DNA of 64,000 bases, taken from NCBI RefSeq assembly GCF_963676685.1, contig NC_092348.1:26040001-26104000 (forward strand). The letters are read 5' to 3'. The notes under the pieces are model-generated. The model did no database searches, was not told the origin of the DNA, and saw only the letters and a program-made list of their open reading frames with translations. The stretch comes from Mytilus edulis (taxonomy: Eukaryota). Below, one piece after another: positions 13,750 to 33,053 of the stretch. The translations under genes were made by a program, and so were the position numbers. Numbering within the stretch: position 1 is the stretch's first letter; each line of letters begins with the position of its first letter.

Positions 13750-14320
13750 AAATTCCGTGTATACGTATATACAGAAATAATTCCGTATACATATGTCGAA
13801 TTTCTTATACACAGAAATAATTATGTATATACAGAAATATTTATGTATACACAGAAAGATAGTAATTCTGTTTATACGGAATTCGATTTATGTATATACG
13901 TAAATCGAATTCTGTATATGCAGAAATAATTACGTCTACAGAAATAATTATGTATATACGAAATTCGATTTACGTATATACGAAACAGAATTCGATTTAC
14001 GTGTAAACAGAATTCGATTTACGTATAGACGTAATTATTTCTGTATATACAGAATTCGATTTACGTATATACATAAATCGAATTCCGTATATACAGAATT
14101 ACTATCTTTCTGTGTATACATAAATATTTCTGTATATACATAATTATTTCTGTGTATAAGAAATTCGACGTATGTATATACGGAATTATTTCTGTATATA
14201 CGTAATTCGATTTCTGTGTATACGTAATTATTTCTGTATATACATAAATCGATTTACGTATATACGTAATTATTTTTGTATATTCGTAAATAAAATTATG
14301 TATATACATAAATATGTTTG
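13750..14320. repeat. Foldback / long inverted repeat built from tatatacagaaat subrepeats
   Basis: Arm ~13763-13938 is the near-exact reverse complement of ~14026-14203. Confidence 0.85.
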
Positions 14321-14935
14321 ACCCTGAGTGATTCCGCGCAATAACTTTGGCATCTTTTGGGTCTAGGATGAAGTTTAAAATTAAAAAAAAAATGCAGTAC
14401 AGGATTATTTTGGAGAAAAAAAAAAGACAAGATAAGCACAAACACTTGTCTCAGATTTTTTTTTTATATATACCTTAATATAACACAGGTACATATATTT
14501 TTTTACAGACAAGTGCCTGTGAGGGTGAGACACTTTGCCAAAAAAAAATGCAGGTGACAATTAATGTCAAAAAGGTCAGGATAAACTAAAAAAAAAAGAG
14601 TGAAGAATAAAAAGGCAGGACAGAAATTACAAGTTATAAAAATACAGGACGTCCTAGCCCCCAATATAATTTAAAAATAAAATAGTAGCACCCTAATTAT
14701 ATTTTTTTCTTTTTTTGCTTGTTAGTTTCTAATGACGGAATAAAAGCATGTCCCCTTCCGGATATTGATATTTGCGTGGCTTTTTATTTATTGTCTCAAA
14801 TGTGTTTTTAAAATATACAAATTTTCCCACCGGATTAAAAGTTATCAATATACATTGAGGAAAATTTTCCCCGAATTGTTTCTTTTAACATATGTTGAAA
14901 ACTTTGGTGCAGTTGATTAATTTTAGCTCTTAAAA

Positions 14936-20691
<5,756 letters not shown>

Positions 20692-21847
20692 TACTTCAGC
20701 ATTTTAGGATTTTTTAAAATTAACAATTTTGACTATTTCTTCATTATTCATATAAATAGAATTAAAATGATTTATGGTCCGCTAAAGGTGAAATAACAAC
20801 TAACACATATTATGATGATGCAGGCCACAGATGTGACAGTTTATGTTTCAAAATCAATCATATCAAAAGATACATGTATAAAATTTGCATACACTACAAT
20901 TATAAGTACCAATTATGAATTTAAATATACAATACTTTCATTACAGTCTGAACCAATGAGCATATTATGTAATAATGAAAAGACAAATGTCATCAATTAT
21001 TGAAATTGAATTTTTTGAAAAGTCAATTAATTTAGAGTTATCTCCCCTTGACTATAAATTTGTTAATAATAGTGTAACATCTCAACTTTTGGGAGCAGAT
21101 ACCGCTCTAATTGTCCTCATTCAAATCAACCATTAAGGAACCTCTTTACAAGGTGGAAGAAGGGGAAGGGGGAGGGGATAAAAATATTTTATGAAATTTA
21201 ATGTCACCAAATTTCTGTACTTGTTTCTCCTTTGGCAGCAATTTGGAAAAGAGGCTGGATATTAAAACATGTGCTTGAAGTAGTGTCCCCTTCAATTAGA
21301 GAATTCCAAAGAGTTTCAAGTCAGATAATCACATATGTCCAAACTTAACTATGTTTTACATATTTCTAAAAATTACAAAACATGATAACACGAGACTGAA
21401 TACAATAAAAAATTACAGTCTTTATTTGTACCATAAAGTCACCTATGCTGCACATAAGTGTATTTAATTATTCAGGAATTTTTACCATTATTAGTCACTA
21501 AATTGCGAAAAAGACCTACATGCTAGTTCAATACATGGGTTTCTCTCCAGGCATCTGTAAGCATATGATAAGTAAATTATGGGAGAATTTTCTTCTGTGC
21601 CGACATTGATGTCCAAAATTTGTAATTCTCTTTTATATGACCACAATTCTCCAAGCAGATATTACCATTTTTAAATTATGTAAGACGTTATGACAGTTCT
21701 TTTAACTATTCTTGAATTTTGACACAATTTCAAAATAATTTTGAATATTGTAACAATGTTGCAACAATTTTAAAATATTTTTAGACCTTATTGCATGCAA
21801 TTTTCAAATATTTTTTGATTTATCCATCATTTTCATTTATTTTATAA

Positions 21848-22536
21848 AGGAGCACTAGCTGTCAAATTCATGTTCATTGATTTGACTCAAATTCTCGTAT
21901 TTAATTAATAACCATGTAAACCATTTATCCAAATTATAAAAAGTCTAAAATAAATTATTTACAGGGCGTGGGCTCAATAATATGCAGCCTCGTTTCATGC
22001 ATATTTTAGTTTCGATGCCTTCTAATTAAGTATCAAGTTGACCTCTGAATACCTCCAATCGTCATATAAGCGATATAAACAAAAATATAAATAGAAAGTG
22101 ACCTTGTGTAAGTGGATTTTTCTAGGTTTGATTAATTTCATATAGATTAAAAATGTATGTTAGTCATCGTTTTTACCCGTATAAGAATGATTTTGTGTGG
22201 ATCAAATCAGTAAATCAAATGATATACCTTTGTTTCACTTTCAATGTTGACATTCTTTTACCTTTAATAACTTAACACGCACAATGCATGCATTATCTGT
22301 CTCTAGCTTAGGGGTTAAATTGAAGTTCACATGACTACAGATTCAAGGAGGTCAAATTATTCACTTGCAAGTGAATAATTCATCATCAATGTTTCTGAGC
22401 ATATTTTGACAAAATTGAACCATATATATATATTGACGGCTAAAAATGAATTATTATTGCACTATTTCACTTTTTTTTATGATTGAACAAAAAAATCATA
22501 CTTCAGATTTTTAAAGATCTTGTAGCTAGTGCCCCT
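21848..22536. mobile_element. Kolobok-like MITE (TTAA target), copy 1
   Basis: AGGAGCACTAGCT...AGCTAGTGCCCCT flanked by ataa/ttaa; homologous along its length to 27466-28081. Confidence 0.8.
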
Positions 22537-24577
22537 TTAATATTACAATAATTTCATTCAGTATAGATAACAAAGACATACATTAATGTTAACATTTAAA
22601 CTATGCAATTCATATATTCACAAGTATCTAAAAGTATAGATTTGGAAATTGTAAAAATAACCATCTTGTTTTAATTTTTTTATTAAATTTTCAATATTTA
22701 ATTTATGTTGTTGTAAAATATGTATTTTATAGCTTTAAGCTGTACTTACTGGTACACTATATAATATGGATAAATGTTGGCATACATCTTCCTTATTTAA
22801 TTTCAATAATTTTTTTTCATATATTTATTTGGGGGATGTATTATACAAAAAATTTATATAGAATTCTTAAAAAAGCATGCAAATGGTTTACAAGACACTG
22901 CATGGATAAGAAAAGTTTTGTGAAACAGATGTAAAAAATAAGGGTGTGTTTACGATTCAACATTCTTTGATGAAAACTACATGTACACAATGTACTTAAT
23001 TTCTAAGCAATGTAAAGATATAATTTGTAAAAATAAGGTAATGATTTATTTTGATTTTCTCACAGGAAATAGTAAGTGACTGAGATTTATTGTTACATAG
23101 TGAAAACAGAGTTACTCTCCTTTAATAAGGTGTATTTTAATTTTTTAAAAGATTTTGTGTTAAAATTTCTTTTTACTTACATTTGAACCTATCAACTTAT
23201 ATTGTGGAATATTTTAAAACTTTTTTGGCAATAATAAGATTAAAAAACAATATGGCCAATCACAAATTTGCTTTTCTTTTTGTTTTTAATGAGTTTTGTA
23301 AAGACAATAATTAATTTATGATACTTAATTTTTGTACACAAATTAAAATTGTATATTGGGGTATACTGAGGTATACCAGTTAAATATTTGTATGATTTTC
23401 AACTGAGAATCAATAAATGTACTACTAAAAATTTGCAAATATGTAAGAGATAGGCATGAATTATGTCTGTATTTGGAAGATAATTTTGATAATGTATTTT
23501 TCAATTACAAAGGAGTAAGTAGGTCCTGTAAGACCCCTTTTTGGTCTCAAAATACAGTAGTTTTACAAAACTTTTAAAATGTAAACTTTTAGCTATTTAT
23601 TGGAAAGTATAATACTTTTGTTATATATATATATATATGTCCTGTTTTTTGACAATACAATGCAAATATATCGGGTTCTAGCATCATTGAGTCATGCTAA
23701 ATTACTTAATCTTCACAAGTTTAGCATTTGTGTTAAATTTTAGACAGTTCCATCTTAAATGACAGTGGCCGCATTTATGTAAATTCTTAATATTTAAATG
23801 TAAGTTGTATTTGATGATGATACATAACATATATAAAGGTTGAGTGTGAACACGGATGTAGCCACTTTCATTATTCTGACAAAAACCATCTGAAAAGTGA
23901 CATTTTTTTTGTCAGATTTTCATATACTTCAGGAGTTCTTTAACTGCATGCTTTCTCAAATTTACATCAGTAAAAATTGAATAAGTGTTATTTTGTTTTA
24001 TTTATCCGCATTTGTAGAACAATTTGACAATAGTCCATGTTAACTGTGTTTTTTGTAAGAAATGGATTTCTGTGACATGCGTAAAGTGCTAAATAAAAAA
24101 AAAAGTTTACTTTTTTGTGGATTTAGTCTTTGAGAAAACCTTTAAGATTATGCAGCATATTTGTAGAGTGGATGTGAACTGTGTAATTGTTGTAACTTAG
24201 ATACTATGACATAACATGGAATTTGTGTCCTTCAATATCTCCTAATTTTATTGCATTTGAGCTTATACATTTATTTTCAAACCAAGTCCATTTACTTCTA
24301 TATCATATCAAATTAATAATCTAACCTTTATCGTTATTCAACAGATTTTCTTGTATGACAAAATTTCCATCAGAAGAACTTGAAGGAATGTATGGTTAGA
24401 ATAGATACATCATTTAATGATATTAACATTATATATTGTAATAGATTGTAAGCAATATTATGTCCATTGAAGTTGAAATTGATTCAAATAAAACCTTTAA
24501 AAAAGTTGTATGCAATTTGTATGCCCAATCTATGATACTGCAAATTAAGAAATTATTGCCTTCATTTATTTTAGTAA

Positions 24578-25848
24578 TTTTTATACGACTGCAAACAAAT
24601 TGGGATCGTATAATGGTATGATGTCGTTGTCTGCGTCGTCGTCGTCTTCGTCATCTGCGTCGTCCGAAGACACATTTGGTTTCCCGACAATAGCGTTAGT
24701 TTACGTGAATGGATCTCTTTTAAATTTTATAAAAAGGTTCAATACCACAAGTAAAAGGTTTGGATTCATTTTGGGGTCTATGGTGTCAACAGTTAAGAAT
24801 TAAAGGCTCAAAAGGGATCAAAAACAAGCATTTTTGTAGTTTCTAGGCAATAACTTGTGTGTAAGTGTATGGATCTCTCTGATATTGTTCCACAAAGTTC
24901 CATATCACAAAAGGAAGGCTAGGATTGAGTTTTGGCGTTATTATCACATTCATGCAGGAATTAGGGGCCATAAAAGGACCAAAAACAAGCATTTTTCTAG
25001 TTTCCAAACAATAACTAGTTGTAGTTTACAGTCAATAACTTGTGTTTAAGTATTTAAATCTCTCTGAAGTTATACCACAAGCTTCCTTACTACAAAGGGA
25101 TGGTTATGGGGGGTTATGGCTTAAATCATTTCGCAATTAAGGGCAAAAAAGGGGGATAAACAAGGGTTTTTCTGGTTAAAGGACAATTTAGACAATTTAA
25201 AAGCAGTGTAAGGGAGGTAATCCAATTCAAATTTAAAGAATACTGTTATATTTATGTATAAATTACTTCCTTTACATTGTTTGAAAATTATGTATTAAGA
25301 AATGATGATTGTATTGAGATGATTAGCTGTAAAAAAAAAATGAAGTTACTATATATATACACTAATATTTATTTTAACCATGACTATGTCATTTTATATT
25401 TTAATATTTTATGATGTTTTTAAATGAGTAGTTATTGTTAAAAACTGCATTAGAAATTTGAATTCAGATTATTTTTGGAATAAGGAAAAGGGGGAGGGGA
25501 ACAATTTTTAGGGGGGGGGGGGGGGGTAATTGAGAATTTTTGTGTGTGGGGTTGGGGGGGGGGTACAATTTTCTCATTTCAGATTTCAGAAATTAAAATT
25601 AAAATTTCTTCAAATATTATTTTTTTTTAGGGTTTAATATTTAACAGTATAGTGTATTGCTCAAAGGCAAAATATAAGTTCATTAGACCACATTCATTCT
25701 GTGTCAAAAACCTATGCTGTGTCAACTATTTAATCACAAGCCAAATTCAGAGCTGTATCTAGCTTGAATGTTGTGTCCATACTTGCCCCAACTGTTCATG
25801 GTTGACCTCTGCGGTTGTATAAAACTGCGCCCTGTGGAGCATCTGGTT
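24578..25848 (+). mobile_element. Helentron-associated non-autonomous element (HINE/DINE-like)
   Basis: 5' tttatacgactgc with a nearby inverted gtcgtata-like copy, a (GTC)n microsatellite, ~150-bp central tandem repeats, and a 3' subterminal gcggttgtataaaa plus short hairpin. Confidence 0.7.
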
Positions 25849-26445
25849 GAGAATGGATAAAAGAGACAGATCATAGTTGTGATTTGCGAAAAATCTGTAT
25901 TGATATATATATCAAGTATCAGTATAGAAAGTCCCTGGTCAAAATCATGAAAATGCAAAGGTCATAAGTGAGGGTGTGTCATTTGTTGATGTGATTCATT
26001 AGTGTTTCTCATTTTTTTAATATGTTAGACGGTTGGTTTCCCTGTTTGAATGGTTTTAAACTAGTCATTTTGGGGGGCCTTTTAAGCTTGCTGATTGGTA
26101 TGAGCCAAGACTCCGTGTTAATGCCATTCTCTGATCTTTAATCGTTTACTTTTTACAAATTGTGACTTAGATAAAGAGTTAACTCATTGTCACTCATACT
26201 ACATATTCTTATATCTAACCATAGATACCAGGAGTTAAATTTTATACACCAAACACGCGTTTCGTGTACAGCAAACTCATCATTTGACGCACAAATAAAA
26301 AACGTTAAAAGGCCAAATAAAGTACAAAGTTGAACATGCTTCATGTCAAATGGTTTCAGTCTTGCAAATCTTCAACCATTAATACAAATGTAAACAGAAA
26401 AACGGAATTCGATAATTTTGTTTATTGTTGTGTTTATCTAATTAT

Positions 26446-26775
26446 ATGTGTCGATCGAGCCATTGTCATGTATTTTTGGCAGTGCCATTTACATGTGCTT
26501 TCTGGGGGAAGCAATTTTGAAAGATAAGTTTGAAAAAAATGGATCACAAAGTCAACGATTTTAAAGAGATGATGGAAATACAAAAAGGAGGAATTACTAT
26601 TTTGAAACAGACAATTGATTTACAAAACCAGGACATAAATAATATTAAAACAGAAATAAAAGAGCAACGACAACAAATTCTAAAGCAAAAAACAAAAATA
26701 CATGTATTAGAAAGGGGTTTGGATAAAGAAATATGGCAATATTTGAATCAAGTTGCAGATCGACATAAACTTTAA
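26446..26775 (+). pseudogene. Coiled-coil-encoding exon relic
   Basis: ORF 26530-26775 has clear heptad character (LKQTIDLQNQDINNIKTEIKEQRQQILKQKTKIHVLE). A hydrophobic stretch lies upstream behind an in-frame TGA. No downstream domain exon was recognised. Confidence 0.35.
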
Positions 26776-27465
26776 AGTGAAGAGATATTTCTTTGAAGAT
26801 TTAATGAAACATAGTGAACATGAGAAAACTCATATTAGGTTGTTTCCAAATGTTATCTATGTTGGTAATTTTAAAAGATGTAACAATAAATTTATTTCGG
26901 TTGAAGAAGCTTTAGTTTACTACTCAGCTCCAAAACACTGAAAGCCATACCAAAGGAAAAAGACAAAACCAAACAGCTTCAAGACATAATAAAGACAAAA
27001 AATCATGAATGAACAATTGAATAGAAAGAATATCGTATTCATGATTACATTCATGATGCAATAATAGTACGTACACTTGCCTTCGCCAAAACATTGTGAA
27101 CAACCTTTGTTACCAATCCGACACGTTTAAATATCACTACAACTACAAGATATATCCTAGCTAACACCGGATTGAACACCTTATTATTAAAATCCGGTAA
27201 CCAAGAATATACTGAATGATAATCTATTGATATGATTGTGATTGCATCGTGCTCTTAATTACCTTTAAGAGTTTATTAAAAAGAAAACCCCGTGCCGTCT
27301 GAATTGTTTGTTGTTTATTACATGTTTTACAGACAAGTATAATAGCAACAGTTCTGAAGATTGTGACTATACTGTTGTAGTATTAACTAATGATAATAGA
27401 CTACTATTATTGCATTTACCAATGATGTTAGACTATACTACTGTTGTATTTAGTAATGATATTAA

Positions 27466-28081
27466 AGGGGCACTAGCTGTCAAATTCATGTCACCGATTT
27501 GACTCAAATTCTCATATTTGATTTATAACAATGTAAAACATTTATCTAAACTATCAAAAGTCTAAATTTAACAGTAATTAACTATCGATTTGACCTCAGA
27601 TGACCATATAAGCGATGTAAACATAAATAAAGATATAAATAGATTAAACCAACACGTGCAATCGGATTTTTATAGGTCTGTATGATTTTATTTTATAGAT
27701 TAAAAGTAGATGTTTCTCATTGTTTTTAACCGTATAAGAATGATTTTATGTGCATCGAATTAGTAATCAAATGATTTACCGTAGTTTCACTTTCATTGTT
27801 GACATTTTTTTCTTTAAATAACCAGTACACGTACAATGCATGCGTTGTCAATCTCTAGCTAGGGGTTAAAATTGAAATTCACATGAATACGGATTTAAAG
27901 AGGTCGACTCATTCACTTGCAAGTGAATAACTAATTATCAATGTTCTTAGCGTAATTTGACAAAATTGAACCTTTTTGGCTGCAAAAAGCGAATTGTTAT
28001 TTCACTATTTCACTTGAGCTTTCATTATTGTTTGAAAATTCAAACGTTAGATTTTTTATATATCTCGTAGCTAGTGCCCCT
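27466..28081. mobile_element. Kolobok-like MITE (TTAA target), copy 2, inserted in a ~34-bp minisatellite
   Basis: ttaa|AGGGGCACTAGCT...AGCTAGTGCCCCT|tttaa; gactatactactgttgcatt repeats on both flanks. Confidence 0.85.
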
Positions 28082-28934
28082 TTTAACTATATATATAATA
28101 CTACTGTTGCATTAGCTAATGATATTAAACTATGCTACTGTTGCATTTATAATAATATTAGACTTTATCGCTATTTTGTGCATTTTTCCTTTGATCTTTT
28201 TTTGTGATAATTTTCATATCATGCTCCTCGCTTGAGATGGAAAAATTATCGCTAGAAACTAAGGAGGCCACGTGGCGTTTCTTACGAAATTGACATGAAA
28301 TTGACAACGTCGTCATAGGTAAAATAGCGATAAACAGATTATCATTGGTCATCTCAACTCGATTGCTTTTCTCACTTTCGCTGTACCAGCTCAAGCGAGA
28401 AAATCAATCTCATTGAGATGATCAACGATAATCTATAATTATACTGCACTCGTTCTATTTGAGCAGTCAACATGCGTTGATTGTATATTTCTATGTCATA
28501 TACAGTCACTGACCCGATATCACTTTTCCTCATGAAAATTTAAATAGAAGTTGCCGAAATAATATTTAATTATTCCTACGACCTCTTGAACCTGTTCTTG
28601 TTTCCAATGCATACAACGATGCATGGAACGACTCAACCTTGTTTCTTTTGCAATTATTGGAAACACATATTTCATTTGTTAATATGTTTTGTTTGCAACC
28701 TATAAATCATTATGTTTTATGCTTATGGTTGATATTTTAGTCCATACTCAAACGATTTCGTTCACCATCAAGTGTGGGTTTCAACAGGTAAATGTACATT
28801 TCATTGTGTTGTATATTTCTCCGCGAGCATGATATGAGGCCTTTCTGAAGGGGATTTCCTCCGATATTTAAATCAAATAAATAACCTTAACGCATTAAAC
28901 AACAATTGAAAATATTTTTTTTCTAGATCATTGC

Positions 28935-29097
28935 AGTATAAAGACAATAATAGTGCACTGACTTGACATATCAACGATATAAGGATTCGGCACGAAACGG
29001 GGAAATAGCTCGGCACAGCCTCACATTTCCCCGTTTCTAAGCCTCATCCTTATATCGTTGATATGTCAAGTCAATGCCCTATTATTGTCTATATACT
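28935..29097. mobile_element. Palindromic MITE
   Basis: agtataaagacaataatag...gacttgacatatcaacgatataagga is mirrored by tccttatatcgttgatatgtcaagtc...ctattattgtctatatact. Confidence 0.8.
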
Positions 29098-29620
29098 ACG
29101 TTTGCATTTATAATGATATTAACATTAAAAGGTTTGGGTTATAACGCAAATGTTTTGCGTTATAACGCTAAAGGTTTGCGTTATAACGCAAAGGTTTGCA
29201 TTATATATATATATCGCAAAGGTTTGCGTTATTTGGCAAAGGTAGGAAGAAAAATAATTAAAAAAAAATGTGTGGCGCTAATACGCTTCCGTGCCAATAC
29301 GATCCGTAGAGCTTTTACATTCTCTTCAACAACAAAAAACATGCACGGTATTCCAAATGTAAGAATCCATTCTTTTAAGCTGCGTGAAACAAAGTGTATC
29401 ATGTACTAGCAGTAAGAAGAATCAATTTGTTTCAGAAGAATCAAAGTGTTTGAGAACAAAAGAACCTGTTTACAAAAATTTGAATTTTTCAAAAAAAAAA
29501 GGATTTTCTTATCCCAGGCATAGATTACCTTAGCCGTATTTGGCATAACTTTTTGAAATTTTGTATCCTCAATGCTCTTCAACTTTGTACTTGTTTGGCT
29601 TTATAAATATTTTGATATGA

Positions 29621-29664
29621 GCGTCACTGATGAGTCTTATGTAGACGAAACGCGCGTCTGGCGT
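29621..29664 (+). ncRNA. Minimal type I hammerhead ribozyme (intact core) inside a retrozyme-like repeat (~29460-29700)
   Basis: gcgtca-CTGATGA-gtct(tatgt)agac-GAAA-cgcgcg-TC|tggcgt: stem I gcgtca/tggcgt, stem II gtct/agac, palindromic stem III ACGCGCGT, GUC cleavage after 29658. Confidence 0.85.
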
Positions 29665-30199
29665 AGTAAATTATAATCCTCGTACCTTTGATAACTAATT
29701 AAAAATAAAATGATTTTGTGATTGAATTGAGACTTTATCTTACATTTCTCTTCTAATGAATAGTTTACATGTTAAGAATTACTGCTTTGAAAGATCTTAA
29801 CTATTTTATTGTGTTGAAATCCTATTTCAAAATATGACTGTCATATGCCATACTTGAGTATGTATTTTAACCACAACGAGGTAAACTCATTTAAAAACGA
29901 TTTAATTTCAATTTTGTTTTTGCTTTAACATATCCTGATCATGCATTTAAAACAATGTAATATTTCAATTTTGTTTAAGTTATCTTCATGCAAGTTCTAT
30001 ATTGATTCATTCATCTCTTTAGAAATAGCACATATAAGTACTGCGATTAGGTCATCAGATCACACAGTCGGAGCTATGTAAGGTACAGTGAATTTTTAAA
30101 AGTAACAATTGAAAGTTATAAAAATGGCAATGAAATAAAAAAGGGAAGTCCATTATTATAAGATGTTGTTAGCGAAAAACGACAAATTTCAGAAAACTG

Positions 30200-30435
30200 T
30201 GAACTGAATTTATCTCTTCTGCAATTCGAATTCTGAAGTTGTGACGAGCAAACAATATTTTAAAAGATAGAAAAGTTAAACGAATAAACATCTGTATTTC
30301 GTTTCGTTTCGGGTCGTCAGCTTTATTGTATTGCTTACGTAACATAGTACATATCAGAATTCAGGAAGTAGTTAGATTTGTGTTGATATGTTTTAGAAGT
30401 ACAATCTTTTGTACACCAAATATTTATAAAGAAAG
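30200..30435 (+). promoter_or_regulatory. Putative proximal promoter and non-coding leader exon of small-TM gene copy A
   Basis: Block conserved with 62680-62901; CAGGAAGT (ETS-like) at 30362-30369, TTACGTAA at 30335-30342, donor aag|gtaaga at 30435. Confidence 0.55.
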
Positions 30436-32128
30436 GTAAGACATCTGCAATTAATGATAAAACTGACATTAATCAGAAGTTACTAAAACCAGTTTGGAAA
30501 TACACATCCTCATATTTTTATGGCTAAAAACTTGCAATGTTTAGTCCCATATAACAAAAAGTAAAATCACAAAAATACTTAACTCTGAGAAAAATTCAAA
30601 ACGGAAAGTCCCCAATCAAATGGCAATTTCAAAAACTCAAACACATCATACGAATGAACAACAACAATCACATTCCTGACTTGGTACGAGCATTTTTTTT
30701 ATTAAGTAGAAAATGGTGGTTTAAACCTGTATGACAGTCGCATAAAATATATTCTCTGTTAACACGATTTCGTTAGATTTGGATATGGGATCACTTCCCA
30801 AAGCAAAGACGACCTAAGATCAATTTGGCTAATCTTTTTTAATTCAATGAACATTTTGCTCCTTGCGTTTGGAACCTTGGGGTATTGATATTATTTTTAA
30901 TTTTATTGGCCTTCCAGTATTTGGGTGTGAGATATCTAATACTAGTATAAAAAAAGAAGATATGGTATGATTGACAATGAGACAACTCTCCACAAGAGAA
31001 AAAATGACACAGAAATTAACAACTATAGGTCATCGTACGACCTTCAACAATGAGCAAGCCCATAGCGCATTCAGCTATAAAAGACCCCGAAATGATAATG
31101 TAAAACAATTCAAACAAGAAAATTAACTGCCTAATTTATTTACAAAAAAATGAACGATTAACAAATATGTAACGTATAAACAAACGACGGCCACTGAATT
31201 ACATGCTTCTGACTTGGGAGAGGCACATACATACAGAGTATTGCGGGGTTAAACATGTTAGGGTGCTAAACACAGAATTTGCTTCGGACGCACACAACTT
31301 ATAAGTTTAAATATTGTTTAAAAGCACTTGGTTCCCTTTTTTTATCATCAGCACAGTAGTCAGTGCTTCTGTACTGAGTTGAATTATAACAAGCTTTTCT
31401 TCAATTTTCTGTTTAGAAATTTAAGAAACTCATGCTGCAAATCTCTCAGATAAAGTTGGCTATACTAACTTTCTAAATCCCTTTTAGTCATCAAACTCCT
31501 TACGCTCGTAGGTATTCATATATCGGAGGCATTCAAATGCTTGAATTTAAGCGTTTCTAATGAAGGTTAATCATCGAAAGCACTACTGACGCATGAATTA
31601 ACAAATGTTAGTTTTAATAAAGTTAAGTAGGGGTTGATTCAAAAATTTATGACTTCATAGACATTCTGTACTTTTAACATTTCTTATTCTTCGAGGAATG
31701 GACACCATACTGTTTTGGCGATTCTATTGCCCCTCTCATTTTGGCGGATTGTGTGTTTTGCTCATGAGGAAACGTTTGGTTTGATCAGCGTGTCGGGTTA
31801 CTCTTCCTACTTAAATATTTACATTTGCGAATGATTTTTTAACAAAGCAGGGTTCTTCGTTGTTGTTTCAGTTTGTCTTTAGTTTTAGACCCTTGTATTT
31901 TAAGGGGGTATGTGTTGGGGATTTACGTGCTCTATTTTACTGTTCAAAAATTTTGGTGAATCCTATTATTCGTTTATATTTTATTTTTACTCCGTACACT
32001 TGATCGAGTTAATTGTTGGTCAGTTGACGTTCAGCACCATTCGAAGCATGATTTATCGTTGAAAGTAGCCACTACCAGTCCTGTTTTGAGACGCCATCTC
32101 TTGATGTTAATTTTAAACCGACGACATC

Positions 32129-32948
32129 CAGTGGCGGATCCAGAAATTTTCATAAGTGGGGGCCCACTGACTGACCTAAGGTAGCACTCCACAGTTAGAA
32201 AATAAAATTAAAAATGAGCCACAAAATGTTTTATCATCTCCTATTCCTGGATTTCTAATACATTAACCCAACTGTTTGTGTTGTACATGTGCATATGTAT
32301 GTAATCAGTATATTCCATAGATTTGATTTTCAAAAGTTAAAAGAGTGAAAATTAATTCCTTATATGTGTATCCATGGCAACATTCTGCATTTATTTACCA
32401 TAAAATATTGCAAAAAGGGGGTTGACATGTCACATATCCCCCCAAAATTTAGATCAAACTAGAATTTCAATGCCTTTGAGTGATACCTTTTTAGAAACTG
32501 TTTTCATAAATCTTCCTAATGATCAAATAAAAAATGGGTGTCTTTCGCCTCATTTTTTCGTAAAATCCAATCACAAAGTTCGTGCGATAAAAAGTTGGAA
32601 AAAAACATTACAATAATTGCCGGACCAATGTATGGTAGGGACATGCAAATACGGACTGTCATGCAGAAAACAGCCTATATTACATACATTACATAACCTT
32701 GATGTTCATATAAACCCAATACAAAGGCTATTTTAATACTCAGCTATCCAAAAATGATTTTTATTGCACACTAGCTCTCATATTTGAAAAATCCACAGGG
32801 GCCAAAATGCGAAACTACACATCTAACTGTGGAGTGCTACCTAAGAGTGGGCCCGCTCCAGTCCCGCTTCAGTGATTTCCTATATAAGCAACCAAATTTT
32901 TTCCCAAAAAGGGGGGGGGGGCGCCCCCCCTCCCTAAATCCGCCTCTG
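32129..32948. mobile_element. Nested MITEs: PIF/Harbinger-like element (32180-32841, TAA TSD) inside a CAG(T/A)GGCGGAT-terminated MITE
   Basis: taa|GGTAGCACTCCACAGTTAGA...TCTAACTGTGGAGTGCTACC|taa; host termini cagtggcggat...atccgcctctg with acatc/aaatc flanks. Confidence 0.85.
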
Positions 32949-33053
32949 AAATCTATAGTGCTTCACACATTGTGCATACGGACAACGAACTTGCAGCAGG
33001 ATAAGTTATTATTTGCAGTTCCGTTATAACTACATTTCGCTTGTTATTTCAGA

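Noticed and set aside
13651-14441. ORFs 13651-13929 (+) and 14061-14441 (-) with YTE repeats
   Set aside because: Mirror-image translations of the foldback repeat.
24600-24803. Ser-rich ORF
   Set aside because: Translation of the (GTC)n microsatellite of a HINE-like element.
29074-29409. 111-aa ORF with RYNAKG repeats
   Set aside because: Produced by a ~21-bp tandem repeat (ggtttgcgttataacgcaaa); no splice or homology support.
31550-31590. Additional hammerhead ribozyme
   Set aside because: The core reads ctaatga and the stems do not pair convincingly; at most a decayed copy.
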